Below, one piece after another: positions 18,269 through 27,301 of a stretch of DNA of 41,897 bases (its first letter is position 1; every line of letters starts with the position of its first letter). The stretch comes from Rhizaria sp. SCN 62-66. Taxonomy: Eukaryota. The notes beneath the pieces are model-generated. The model was not told the origin of the DNA, ran no database searches, and saw only the letters and a program-made list of their open reading frames with translations. A program made the translations under genes and the position numbers. The DNA is taken from NCBI GenBank assembly GCA_001724265.1, contig MEDY01000271.1, forward strand, positions 1-41,897, in the 5' to 3' direction.

Positions 18269-21200
18269 TTAAAGGAATGCCTCGCGCGGCAGCGTGGGCC
18301 TGGAGAGCAGCCCGATAGTCTTGTTGAAGAAGGCCTGCACCGACGAGATGAACAGCAGCCGCTCGTCGCTCCAGTACCCGTACGCGTCCACGGCGACGTT
18401 CACCGCCGCCGCGACGGCCGCCGCAACGCGCCGCATCGCGCGCGCCGTGACGGTGAGCGCAGCGGGCGCGGCGGGCCGCCAGTATGCGCCGACCTCGTCG
18501 CGGCCGGGCGCCAGCAGGTCCCCGCGCGCGGGCAGCGTCACGGCCAGCAGCGTCGCGCGCAGCCCGTCGAGCGCGAGCGCCTCGGTGTCCAGCGCAGAGG
18601 AGCCGATAACGGAAGCGGCCGCGACGCGCAGCCGCAGCGTGGCCTCGTTGTCCGCGCGGTCCTGCAGCGCCGCGGCGGCGGCCCCCGCAGCGGCCACAAC
18701 CACGGGCAGCGTCGCCGTGCGCGCCACCGCGGCGCGGTCGGCCGCCGTGGCGGCCGAGGCGGCCTGCTGCTCAAAACGCTCCTGCGCGGCACGGCGCAGC
18801 GCGCGCGTGGTGAGGAGGCGCAGCCCCGCGCGCAGCCACTGCTCCAGCTCGGCGGGCGTGACGGCGTAGGCAGTGATCAGCGCGCGCATGCGGCGGTCCG
18901 CGCGCGCGTGCGCCAGGTAGGGCGCGAGCTCGTTCTGCGTCACGGCCGTGAAGGGACACCAATCGTCCCACAGCTTGTACAACATCGCCTCGACGTCATA
19001 GTCCTCTTCGTCAGCATCGGCCGCATCGTCGTCGTCATCGTCCGCGGGGCCTGCGACGGCGGTGGACCCGTCGCCGTAGATGTTGGCGCCGGGGGCGAGG
19101 CCGAAGACAGCCGCGGCGGCGGAGGCAGAGGCCGAGGTGGGCAGCATCTGCCCCGTCGTGTGCTCGTCCAGGTCCACGAATGCCGCGCCTGCGGCGCCGC
19201 GCGAGGCCGCCACGCTGCCGGGCACAGGGGGCAGCGCGCCGCCTGCGCCCGGGAACGCGGGGTAGCTGCCGGAGGACACGGGGTAGCTCGTCGACGCCTG
19301 GCCGGAGGCGTCGCTGTGGGCCGGGCAGGGCGGGCGCGGAGCGTCGCCGAAGCTGCCGCCGGTGTGGAGGCCCGGCGGGGGCGGGAGCTCGCCGCTGTGG
19401 GGCGCGGGGAAGCCCGGCGCAGCGAGCGCGGCGTCCGCCGACTGCGACTGCCGCGGCGAGCCCGCGGGCGCGGCCAACAGTGACGCCGTGGAGAGCGCGG
19501 GGGCCGCGTCGGGGTTGCCGAAGAGCGTGCGCGCGAGCGACAGCGCAGCCAGGGACTCCGTGGTCGCCGACGTCGCCGCCGCTGTGGGAGCGCGCGCGGA
19601 GTCGCCTCTAGCGTCGCCACCGTCAGCGGCAAACGTGCGCGCGGTAGCAGCGGCGGGCGAGGCGGTGGCGGAGCCAATCGCGGCGCCGGCGACGGCGGGC
19701 GCGAAGGTAGGCCCGAATGACAGCCCACCAAGCTGCAGCTGCTGCGGGTGGAAGTGCTGCAGCGACGCGGCGTCCGCGGGCGGACTAGCCGACGCGGTGG
19801 GGCTGGACGGGACGCGGGACAGCGACGGTGATAGCGATAGAGACAGCGGGTCGAGCCCGTGCGCGAGCCCGCAGACGGAGCTCGAGGGCGCGCGCACGGG
19901 CGGGGACATCGGCGACGGCTCCGAGAAGAGCGACGGCGCGCGCGGGCGCTGGTGGTGCAGCGTGAGCTCGTGGACGTGGTCGCGCTGCTCCTCAGCCGCG
20001 GCGGGCTCGGGCTCCGAGAGCGCGGTCGCCAGCCCCGTCAGCGCGGCCGTGACCACTGCGGCGGCCACGGAGCCCGCGCCGCCACTGCCTCCGTCGCCGC
20101 CGCCGCTCGCGGTCGAGCCAGCGCTGTGCGTGGCGGCGTCGCTGCCGACCGAGGCGAGGCGCACGCTGGGCGCAGACTCCTCCGCGGCGGCTCTACATGC
20201 GCTGTCACCAAGCCGCACGCCCGCGTCGCAGTCGTCCTGCGGCGCGGGGTTGGCCGTGACCACCGCAGAGGCAGACGCAGAGGCCGTGGCGGCGGCGGCG
20301 GCGTCGTGCTCGCCGAGCCCGATGAAGAGCACAGTGCCGGGCGAGGACGAGGCCGAGGACGCGGCGTAGGACACCGAGGGCGAGTGCGCGAGCGACGACA
20401 GGTGCGACACCGACGACGCGGGCGGCGTCACCAGCGCCGGCGGCGACAGCGACCAAGACCGCGACAGCGGCGCGAACAGCCCGCCCAGCGGCGAGTCGGG
20501 CGCCACGGCGCGCGAGCCGTCGCAGCTGTCGCCGTGCGACACGGGCCCCATGGCTACGGCCAGCGCGCGGGCGTAGTCTCTGTCGGCCTCTCTCTGGGCC
20601 GCCGCGGCGGCGCCGGCGTCGCCGGCCGAGCGCGTGACGTCGTCGAGCGAGAGCGACAGCGTCGTGAGTGCGGACGCGGCCGCCGTCGCTCTCGCCCCGG
20701 TGGTGGTGGCGAGCGCGGGAGCGAGCGCGGGAGTGGCGTTGGCGGTCGAGTCGGGGCAGTCGTCGACGTCGGAAAGCGTGCCGCAGCGGTCGAAGCGCGC
20801 CGCGCTCGGGTCCGCCTGCGACGGCAGCGCCGAGGACAGCGCGGAGGGCGGCGTCGGGGACAGCGGCGGAGGCACGGCCAGCGACGGCGACGGCGACAAC
20901 AGAGACGGCAGCGGCATCGGCAGCGGCAGCGGAATCGGCTGGATCTGCGAGTCCGCCAGCGACGACTGCGACAGGGACTGCGGCAGCGAGGCAGAGGTGG
21001 ACGCATATGCAGGCGCAGCGCCTGGCACGGACAGACGCGCGCCGGTGGGCCGCGGGGGCGGGTTCATCGCGAGCGCGAGCTCGTACGTCAGCGGCATGTC
21101 GCCGGGCAGCGGCATGCGCTCCAGGCAACGCAGCCCCGGCGGCCGCGGCCGCAGCGCGCGCGGGGACTCGTCGTCGCTGTCGACGTCGCTGTCGTCGTCC

Positions 21201-24200
21201 GTGCTGCGCTTGCTCGCGTAGGCGTTAAGGTACGACGGCAGCAGGTCGCGCACCGACGCGGCGACCGCGCGCAGCGCCGTGGCGGGCCCGCTGCCGCCGC
21301 CGGCCGCGGCGACCGCGTCCGCGCCGAGCGTGGCAACAGCGCTGGCGGCGGCCGTCGCGGCCGCGGCCACGGCGGAGCGCGCGAGCGAATCGACCGACGC
21401 GGCATACCGCGCCAGCTCCACCGTGCGCGCGGAGACAAGAAAGTTCTCGTGCATGACGTACGCGCGCAACCGGCCCGCGCGCTGCTTCGCGTCCACGAGG
21501 GCGCGACGGCGCTGCCGCGCGACGAGCAGCAGCTGCGCCTGGGCGCTCAGCGCGACGGCCGCGGCGGCAGCGGGGTCGGCAGCGGGCATGGCGGGCAGAG
21601 TGAGGTACACGGCCGCGGCGGCGCGGTCGGAGAGCTCGGCGCTCGCGGCGGCGGCGGCGCGGTCCTTGGCGCTGCGCAGAGCGGCCGCAGCGTCGCGCGC
21701 TCCGATCGCGGACAGCAGCGCAGCGGCCGCGGGCGTCAGCGCGGCGCCGACCGCGGACATCGCGGCGGCAAGCGCCGGGGCCGCGGCAGTTGCGGTCGCC
21801 GCAGCGGTGCTCGCGGCCGTGCCCGCGGCAATGCTGCTGTTGCGCAGCAGCACGAGCTCCGGCAGCGCGTCGGTGGTGACCGCGGCCTCGGCGGAGGCGT
21901 CGCGCTTCGCGGTGCGCATCGCCGACACCCACTCAAGCAGCGCGCGGCGCACGGGCGCCAGCACGCGCGAGCGGCGGATGCGCGCGCGGGCGCGCACGCG
22001 GGCGCGTACGCGCGCGCGCTCAGACGCCGTGAGCGGGCGCTGCAGCGCGCTAGGCACGGTCAACGACAGCGACAGAGAGTGCGATTTGGAGTTGGATAAC
22101 GAAGAGAGCGACGAGGAGGCAAAAGGCTTGATCGTTTGCAGCGCCTGCAGAGCCTTGAGCGGGCCGGCGCCAGGGGCGGTGAGAAGCGGCAGCGAGTAGC
22201 CGCAGTCGTCGCCCTCGTCGTCGTCCTCGTAGTCGTCGTCGCCGTCCTCGTCCTCGTCGCCGCTGCCTTCGCCCTCGCGAACCGCGGTCAGATCAGTCCC
22301 CGCGGCGAGCACAGCGGCGCGGCGCGCGGCGCGGGCGCTCGCGGCGGCCTGCTTGACGGCCGCGTCGGCGCGCTGCGTCAGCGCGGCCAGCAGCGCGCGC
22401 GCGCGCACGCCGGCGGGCTCGAAGCCGGTGCTGACACCAAGCCAGGGCGCCTCCGCGGCCTCGCTCGGCAGCACCGCGAACGGGTCCGACCCCGCGTCTG
22501 CGCGCGCGCCGGCGGCTGCTGACAGCGCGCGCAGCGCGGCGGCGACAGCGGACGCGGCGGCTGGCGTGACGGGCGACGACGCGGGGGCCGCGACCGCGGT
22601 TGACACAGCAACAGCGGAGGGTGCGTCGGCCTGCACAGCGGCGGAGACAGTTGCGGAAATCGTGGCGGAGAGCGGGAGCGTGGCAAAGGGCGCCGAAGGG
22701 AAGGCGCGGGGCAGCGCGGCGGTGAGCGCGACGGCGACCCAGCCGCTGGCGCCGGACGGGCCCGAGAAGCCCTGCGCGGCGGGCGGCGACGCGGGCAGCA
22801 GCGCGAGCCCGTACACGGCCGCCAGCAGCGGCAGCCAGCGCGCGGGCAGCGCGGGCGCAGACGCGGCCGGCGCAGACGCAGATGCAGCCGGCGGGCGGGC
22901 GTGCGTCGCCTCGGCCCAGGCGGCGAGGGGCGCGAGCAGGAGCGGGTGGCCCTGCGCGAGCGCGCGCGCGGCGGTGACGGCGGCGACGTCGTGGACGCCC
23001 GCGGTGACGGGCCCGCCCAACGGGCTCTGCGCCGCCGCCGCGGTGGTCGCGCTTTTGCACATGCGCGCGGACACGTCCGGCGCCGCGGCAGCAACCGCAG
23101 CCAGCGCCGCGACGTGCGCCGCCTTCACACCGCCACTGTGAGACGCCCCAGCGGCAGTAATGGCGGCGTCTGAGGCAGTGGCAGCGGCGAGCGCGGCGGT
23201 GAGGTCGAGGGTGACGGTGGGCACGCAAAAGAGCGCGCCGTCGGTGCCCGCGACCCCAGCGACGGCCACGTGAGCGCCGCCGCTGCCGCTGCCGCTGCCG
23301 CTGTGGCCCGTGGCGGCCTGCGCGGCCCGGTGCGCGGCGCTGGGCCGGTAGTGGGCCTCGCGCGCGGCGGCCCGCAGCAGCGTCGCCGCGGCGCGCGCGA
23401 AGGCGGCCGTGACGGCGCGCGCGGCGACGGTGATCTCGGCCACGAGCGCGAGCACCGCGGCGGCGTCGCCTTCCGCAGACGCGCATACACTCGCACCGAA
23501 GCTCGTGACACTGCTGTTGCAGCGATTCTCGGGCGTGAAGAGCGCGTTTGCGTTCGCGAGCATGAGCGCGGTGACGGTGGGCAGCGCGGGCCAGTCGACC
23601 GACGCCACCGCGGGCGCCGCGAACGCGGTCATTGGCGCAGCCACAGTCACTGTGGACGCCGACGACTCGCAAACAGCGCTGGCGCAGGGCTGCTGCGGCA
23701 GCGCGTCGGGCGCGGGCGCGGGGAACGGCAGCGCCCCGGCGGCGGCGAGGTCAGTGAAGGCCGCGGGCGCGTCGGCCGCGAGCGCCCACGTGGTCCGCAG
23801 CAGCGCGCGCTCGGTGGCGGCGGCGGCCGCCGCGGCGGCCGTGGCGGCGGCGACCTCCTCGGCCGTGGGCGGGAACGCGTGCGCCGCAGCGGCTGCGGCG
23901 GCCTCGGCGGCCAGCGCGGCGCTGGACGGCGACATGGGCTCCGGCGCAGCGGCCGCGTTGGCGGCGACGGAGACGGCGGCGGACACGGCCGCGGCGGCGA
24001 GCGAGGCCGTCAGCGGGAAGCGTGTGCGCGCGCGCGTGGTGGCGGCGGGCGCGGCGGCGAGCGCGCCGGGCGGCAGCACGCTGGGCCCCGGGTTCAGCGC
24101 GGGCATCTGCAGCTGCTGCTGGAGCTGCTGCTGCAGCTGCAGCTGCTGCAGCTGCTGCTTGGGCCGCGGGCGCGGGCGCTGCGCGGGCGCTGTGGCGGCC

Positions 24201-26158
24201 AGGAAGGCAAACCGCGCGCCGTCGGCCTCGTTGCTGGCGGCAAAGAAGCTGGCGACGCCCGCCGCGGGCGCGGCGGGCGCGGCGGGTGCGACGGGCGCGC
24301 CCGCGGCGCAGAGCCGCTCGGCGAGGTCGGCGTTTGCCAGGATCTCGAGCAAGCGGCACGCGGTGGGCTCGGCGGCCGACTCGGCGCCCGGCGGGGAGAC
24401 CCACAGCAGCGAGTGGCGCGCGGCCGCGGGCGCGCCCAGCGGCGGCGCGGCGCGCGCGCAGCGCAGCGAGAGCTGGTGCAGAAGCAGGCGCGCGCGGCGG
24501 CGCAGCACGGCCGTGGCGACGGGGAACGCGGCCGCGGGCGCCTGTGGCGAGTGCGGGCGGTGCTGCAACAGCAGCAGGCGCGCGGCCGCAACGACGTCGC
24601 CCGAGGTCAGTGCGGCCGCGAGCGCGGCCTGGCCGCCGGAGCAGAAGCTAGGGACGCCGCGAAGACTAGCGTCGCGCACGTTCGCGCCGCGCACGGGCGC
24701 AGCGACCAGGCCGCCGCTGCTGCCGCTGGTGCTCTCCTTGAGCGCGTTGCACCCGGGGACGGACCGGGGGACGGTGACGACCGCGGCGGTGGGCTGGGCT
24801 GGGAAGCGGATCTGAGTGGTGGCGCGCAGCGAGCGCACGAGGCGGCGCCTCCAGCCCGCCGCCGAGTGTGACGCCGCGCTCGCGGGCGCCGCCACGGCCG
24901 CGGCCGCGGCGACCTCGCCCGCGCGCGTCGCCGCCGGAGGCCGCTTGCCCGCCGCGGTGCCGGCGGAGCGCGTCAGCGCCAGGACGGAGGAGACGATCGC
25001 AGCGAGCGCGGTGAGCGGACCGCGTCCGAGAGCGCCGCGGCGCCTGCAAAGGCGAGGGCGCGGGGGCGCGGCGGCGGCGGCGTGCGCGGACTCGGCGGGC
25101 AGCTCGTCGCCGGCGCCGCCCATGATGGCGTAGGCCGCGCCCGGGGCGGCAGTGGCGCCGTAGGCAGCGAGGCGGCCGCCCAGCACCAGCGGCCGCGGGC
25201 CGCCGCGCGCGCCGGGCAGCTTCGGGAGCCGCATCTCGCCCGCTCCCGCAACCGCAGGCGCAGTGCGCGCGTCCGCAGCGGTGGCGGCGGGGAAGAGCGC
25301 GGCCGCGGAGGTTGCGAGCGGCGGCGCAGCGTCGGCGCGGGGCCCGGCGCGGGGCCGCGGGGCGCGGACTCTGGCGGGCACGGGGCAGCCTTGCGTTGCC
25401 GGCACCGCCACCAGCGGCGGCGCGGGCGCCTGGGCGCGGGCGCGGCGGCGGCGGCGCGACATGCGAGACAACGAAGACGAGGGAGCGCTTGCGACAGCAG
25501 CGGTGTCTGCGTCGGCTGCGTCAGCGCTTTGCGTGGCGCAGCGCGCTGCCGCAACGGCGGCACAGTGGATGGATACGGCGTCCGCAGGCGTGGGGCCAAA
25601 CAGAAACGCGCCCTTGGGTGTTGTTGCAGTCGTCGCGGCAACGGGAGCGCTGCAGGTCACAGCAGATGAAGACGCTGATGCTGCAGCAGCCGCAAGCGCA
25701 GCTGCCGCAGCCCCAGGGGTCGTGACCTCAATTGCGGCCTCATCCGCGTCGTCGTCCGCAGCGCCCACAGCGTCTTTGCAATAGTCTGCGCTCGAGACTG
25801 GGTGCGGCGCAACGAAGTAGACGCCGGGCGCGACGGTGAAGTAGCCCGAGTGCAACTCCACGACGTCGAGCCGCGGCTGCAGCGCGGGATGCGCCAGCGC
25901 GGGCGCGTCTGGTAGTCGCGTCGCAAAGCGCGGGGCCGGCCGCGCAAGGCGCCGCAGCATGGCTGGGAGCGCGGACACGGCGGCGCGCGAGGGCGGCGCG
26001 ACGGGCGGGCACGGCGCGTCGGGGTAGTGGCGGGCAACGTCACACACTTCCTCCGCGAACGACAGCGGCGCGGGCTCCGAGAAGCGACGCCGGAACGCGC
26101 GCAAGTTCGCGCCCACGTAGGGCAGCGACTGCCGCGCGCGGCGGGCGTCGTAGTCCAT
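18269..26158 (-). CDS. Giant ~2629-aa Ala/Pro-rich protein of unknown function
   Basis: A 7.9-kb open frame with G/C-ending codon bias. The first in-frame ATG (MDYDARR) at 26158 coincides with the GC transition; the track start at 26320 is a non-ATG codon. No family recognised. Confidence 0.85.
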   Translation of the reverse strand: MDYDARRARQSLPYVGANLRAFRRRFSEPAPLSFAEEVCDVARHYPDAPCPPVAPPSRAAVSALPAMLRRLARPAPRFATRLPDAPALAHPALQPRLDVVELHSGYFTVAPGVYFVAPHPVSSADYCKDAVGAADDDADEAAIEVTTPGAAAAALAAAAASASSSAVTCSAPVAATTATTPKGAFLFGPTPADAVSIHCAAVAAARCATQSADAADADTAAVASAPSSSLSRMSRRRRRARAQAPAPPLVAVPATQGCPVPARVRAPRPRAGPRADAAPPLATSAAALFPAATAADARTAPAVAGAGEMRLPKLPGARGGPRPLVLGGRLAAYGATAAPGAAYAIMGGAGDELPAESAHAAAAAPPRPRLCRRRGALGRGPLTALAAIVSSVLALTRSAGTAAGKRPPAATRAGEVAAAAAVAAPASAASHSAAGWRRRLVRSLRATTQIRFPAQPTAAVVTVPRSVPGCNALKESTSGSSGGLVAAPVRGANVRDASLRGVPSFCSGGQAALAAALTSGDVVAAARLLLLQHRPHSPQAPAAAFPVATAVLRRRARLLLHQLSLRCARAAPPLGAPAAARHSLLWVSPPGAESAAEPTACRLLEILANADLAERLCAAGAPVAPAAPAAPAAGVASFFAASNEADGARFAFLAATAPAQRPRPRPKQQLQQLQLQQQLQQQLQMPALNPGPSVLPPGALAAAPAATTRARTRFPLTASLAAAAVSAAVSVAANAAAAPEPMSPSSAALAAEAAAAAAAHAFPPTAEEVAAATAAAAAAAATERALLRTTWALAADAPAAFTDLAAAGALPFPAPAPDALPQQPCASAVCESSASTVTVAAPMTAFAAPAVASVDWPALPTVTALMLANANALFTPENRCNSSVTSFGASVCASAEGDAAAVLALVAEITVAARAVTAAFARAAATLLRAAAREAHYRPSAAHRAAQAATGHSGSGSGSGGAHVAVAGVAGTDGALFCVPTVTLDLTAALAAATASDAAITAAGASHSGGVKAAHVAALAAVAAAAPDVSARMCKSATTAAAAQSPLGGPVTAGVHDVAAVTAARALAQGHPLLLAPLAAWAEATHARPPAASASAPAASAPALPARWLPLLAAVYGLALLPASPPAAQGFSGPSGASGWVAVALTAALPRAFPSAPFATLPLSATISATVSAAVQADAPSAVAVSTAVAAPASSPVTPAAASAVAAALRALSAAAGARADAGSDPFAVLPSEAAEAPWLGVSTGFEPAGVRARALLAALTQRADAAVKQAAASARAARRAAVLAAGTDLTAVREGEGSGDEDEDGDDDYEDDDEGDDCGYSLPLLTAPGAGPLKALQALQTIKPFASSSLSSLSNSKSHSLSLSLTVPSALQRPLTASERARVRARVRARARIRRSRVLAPVRRALLEWVSAMRTAKRDASAEAAVTTDALPELVLLRNSSIAAGTAASTAAATATAAAPALAAAMSAVGAALTPAAAALLSAIGARDAAAALRSAKDRAAAAASAELSDRAAAAVYLTLPAMPAADPAAAAAVALSAQAQLLLVARQRRRALVDAKQRAGRLRAYVMHENFLVSARTVELARYAASVDSLARSAVAAAATAAASAVATLGADAVAAAGGGSGPATALRAVAASVRDLLPSYLNAYASKRSTDDDSDVDSDDESPRALRPRPPGLRCLERMPLPGDMPLTYELALAMNPPPRPTGARLSVPGAAPAYASTSASLPQSLSQSSLADSQIQPIPLPLPMPLPSLLSPSPSLAVPPPLSPTPPSALSSALPSQADPSAARFDRCGTLSDVDDCPDSTANATPALAPALATTTGARATAAASALTTLSLSLDDVTRSAGDAGAAAAAQREADRDYARALAVAMGPVSHGDSCDGSRAVAPDSPLGGLFAPLSRSWSLSPPALVTPPASSVSHLSSLAHSPSVSYAASSASSSPGTVLFIGLGEHDAAAAATASASASAVVTANPAPQDDCDAGVRLGDSACRAAAEESAPSVRLASVGSDAATHSAGSTASGGGDGGSGGAGSVAAAVVTAALTGLATALSEPEPAAAEEQRDHVHELTLHHQRPRAPSLFSEPSPMSPPVRAPSSSVCGLAHGLDPLSLSLSPSLSRVPSSPTASASPPADAASLQHFHPQQLQLGGLSFGPTFAPAVAGAAIGSATASPAAATARTFAADGGDARGDSARAPTAAATSATTESLAALSLARTLFGNPDAAPALSTASLLAAPAGSPRQSQSADAALAAPGFPAPHSGELPPPPGLHTGGSFGDAPRPPCPAHSDASGQASTSYPVSSGSYPAFPGAGGALPPVPGSVAASRGAAGAAFVDLDEHTTGQMLPTSASASAAAAVFGLAPGANIYGDGSTAVAGPADDDDDDAADADEEDYDVEAMLYKLWDDWCPFTAVTQNELAPYLAHARADRRMRALITAYAVTPAELEQWLRAGLRLLTTRALRRAAQERFEQQAASAATAADRAAVARTATLPVVVAAAGAAAAALQDRADNEATLRLRVAAASVIGSSALDTEALALDGLRATLLAVTLPARGDLLAPGRDEVGAYWRPAAPAALTVTARAMRRVAAAVAAAVNVAVDAYGYWSDERLLFISSVQAFFNKTIGLLSRPTLPREAFL

Positions 26159-27301
26159 CGCAGCTGCAGAGAAGCAGAAGCCAGGCAGAAGGATGAACGG
26201 GCACAGCGCTGTTGATACAACGCTGTGAGGGTGTGGCTGGGACGAAAGAGCGACGCTGCAGATTGAAATGAAGAAAGAGTGTCGTGAGTTGAATACAAAA
26301 GTACACGGAGATGACGTCAATGGATATGCCTACCGATAATATTATCTCCCATACACGATGTCAGGGCCCTCTGAGATTGTTGCAAAAGTCGCAGGTCCAT
26401 TGGCCACAACAAGCATCACTCCCAGCAAGGCTGAGTAATCCTTTTAGTCGGCCTCGGTTTGAAATTATCGTGTGGTCGTTTTTGGGTGGTTGGTGGATGC
26501 AATAGAACGAGGATTTAAGGGTGGCCTAGCCTTCAATAGCTGTGTTTTGTGGGTGTGCGTTAAGTTTAAGGTGTGTTACTCTTATAATTATCTTTAGTGG
26601 CTTCATGGTAGCTGGGATATCCTCCGTTGGATGTTGGTTCGTTTGAGCCAACGACTGCAATGGTTGTGACCGTCCCAGACCCGTCCTTCTCACGATCCCT
26701 GACCCAGCACAGCCTCGGACGCGTCGTTGCACGATCAACATGTTTATTCGCGTCGCGATACGGTTAGTTACACCTTTTTTCTGCTGCTTTGTGGTGGAAT
26801 CGTTTTATGAAACGCTTTCTGTTGGCCCTGGACGGCTGACGTGGGTGCCTCCGCGTGCTCTCCTGCTGCTCCCACCCCAGACCCGCCCGTCCCATCAGCG
26901 CCCACCCTGCACCTGCTGCTGCTTTCTGCGGCGGATGTACACCTTATTTGCGGTTGATAGGCCCGCTGTGCTTCCGCTTTATCGCCGGGATCGACCTCGA
27001 TGCATCTCGGGGTCATCGTTTGTTGTTGCTTCCCCTCTCATGCAATTTACTCGCACGCGCGTGTTTCATTCTTCCTCAAGTTGATGCATACTCACCACAA
27101 ACACACCCCACTGTCCTCTTTATTATTCTTATCTTTCTTTCATCCAGGTACCTTCGTGCCGTTCACCCCCACAACTCAAACTCTTCCCCAACTCCTCAGC
27201 AGAGAGCAGTAACTCTTCTCATCCCTCGTTTGTTGCCCTAGCCTCGACTCGTTTCCTCGCGCCCCGCTCGCCAGGACTCCGCCTCGAGCGCGCCCACCAC
27301 G
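26159..27301. promoter_or_regulatory. Divergent intergenic region with a CRE-type palindrome TGACGTCA (26312-26319) and TGACGTGG (26837-26844)
   Basis: Head-to-head gene arrangement. The motifs are read directly from the sequence; binding is not demonstrated. Confidence 0.4.

Noticed and set aside
19859..24871. Long antisense and alternate-frame ORFs (e.g. 746, 533, 468 and 459 aa) overlapping the big genes
   Set aside because: These are shadow ORFs expected from very high GC and GC3 bias. Their translations are Arg/Gly/Ala-rich with no motifs, and many have non-ATG starts.
26159..26320. N-terminal extension of the 2683-aa track ORF
   Set aside because: Non-ATG start with AT-richer, UTR-like composition.
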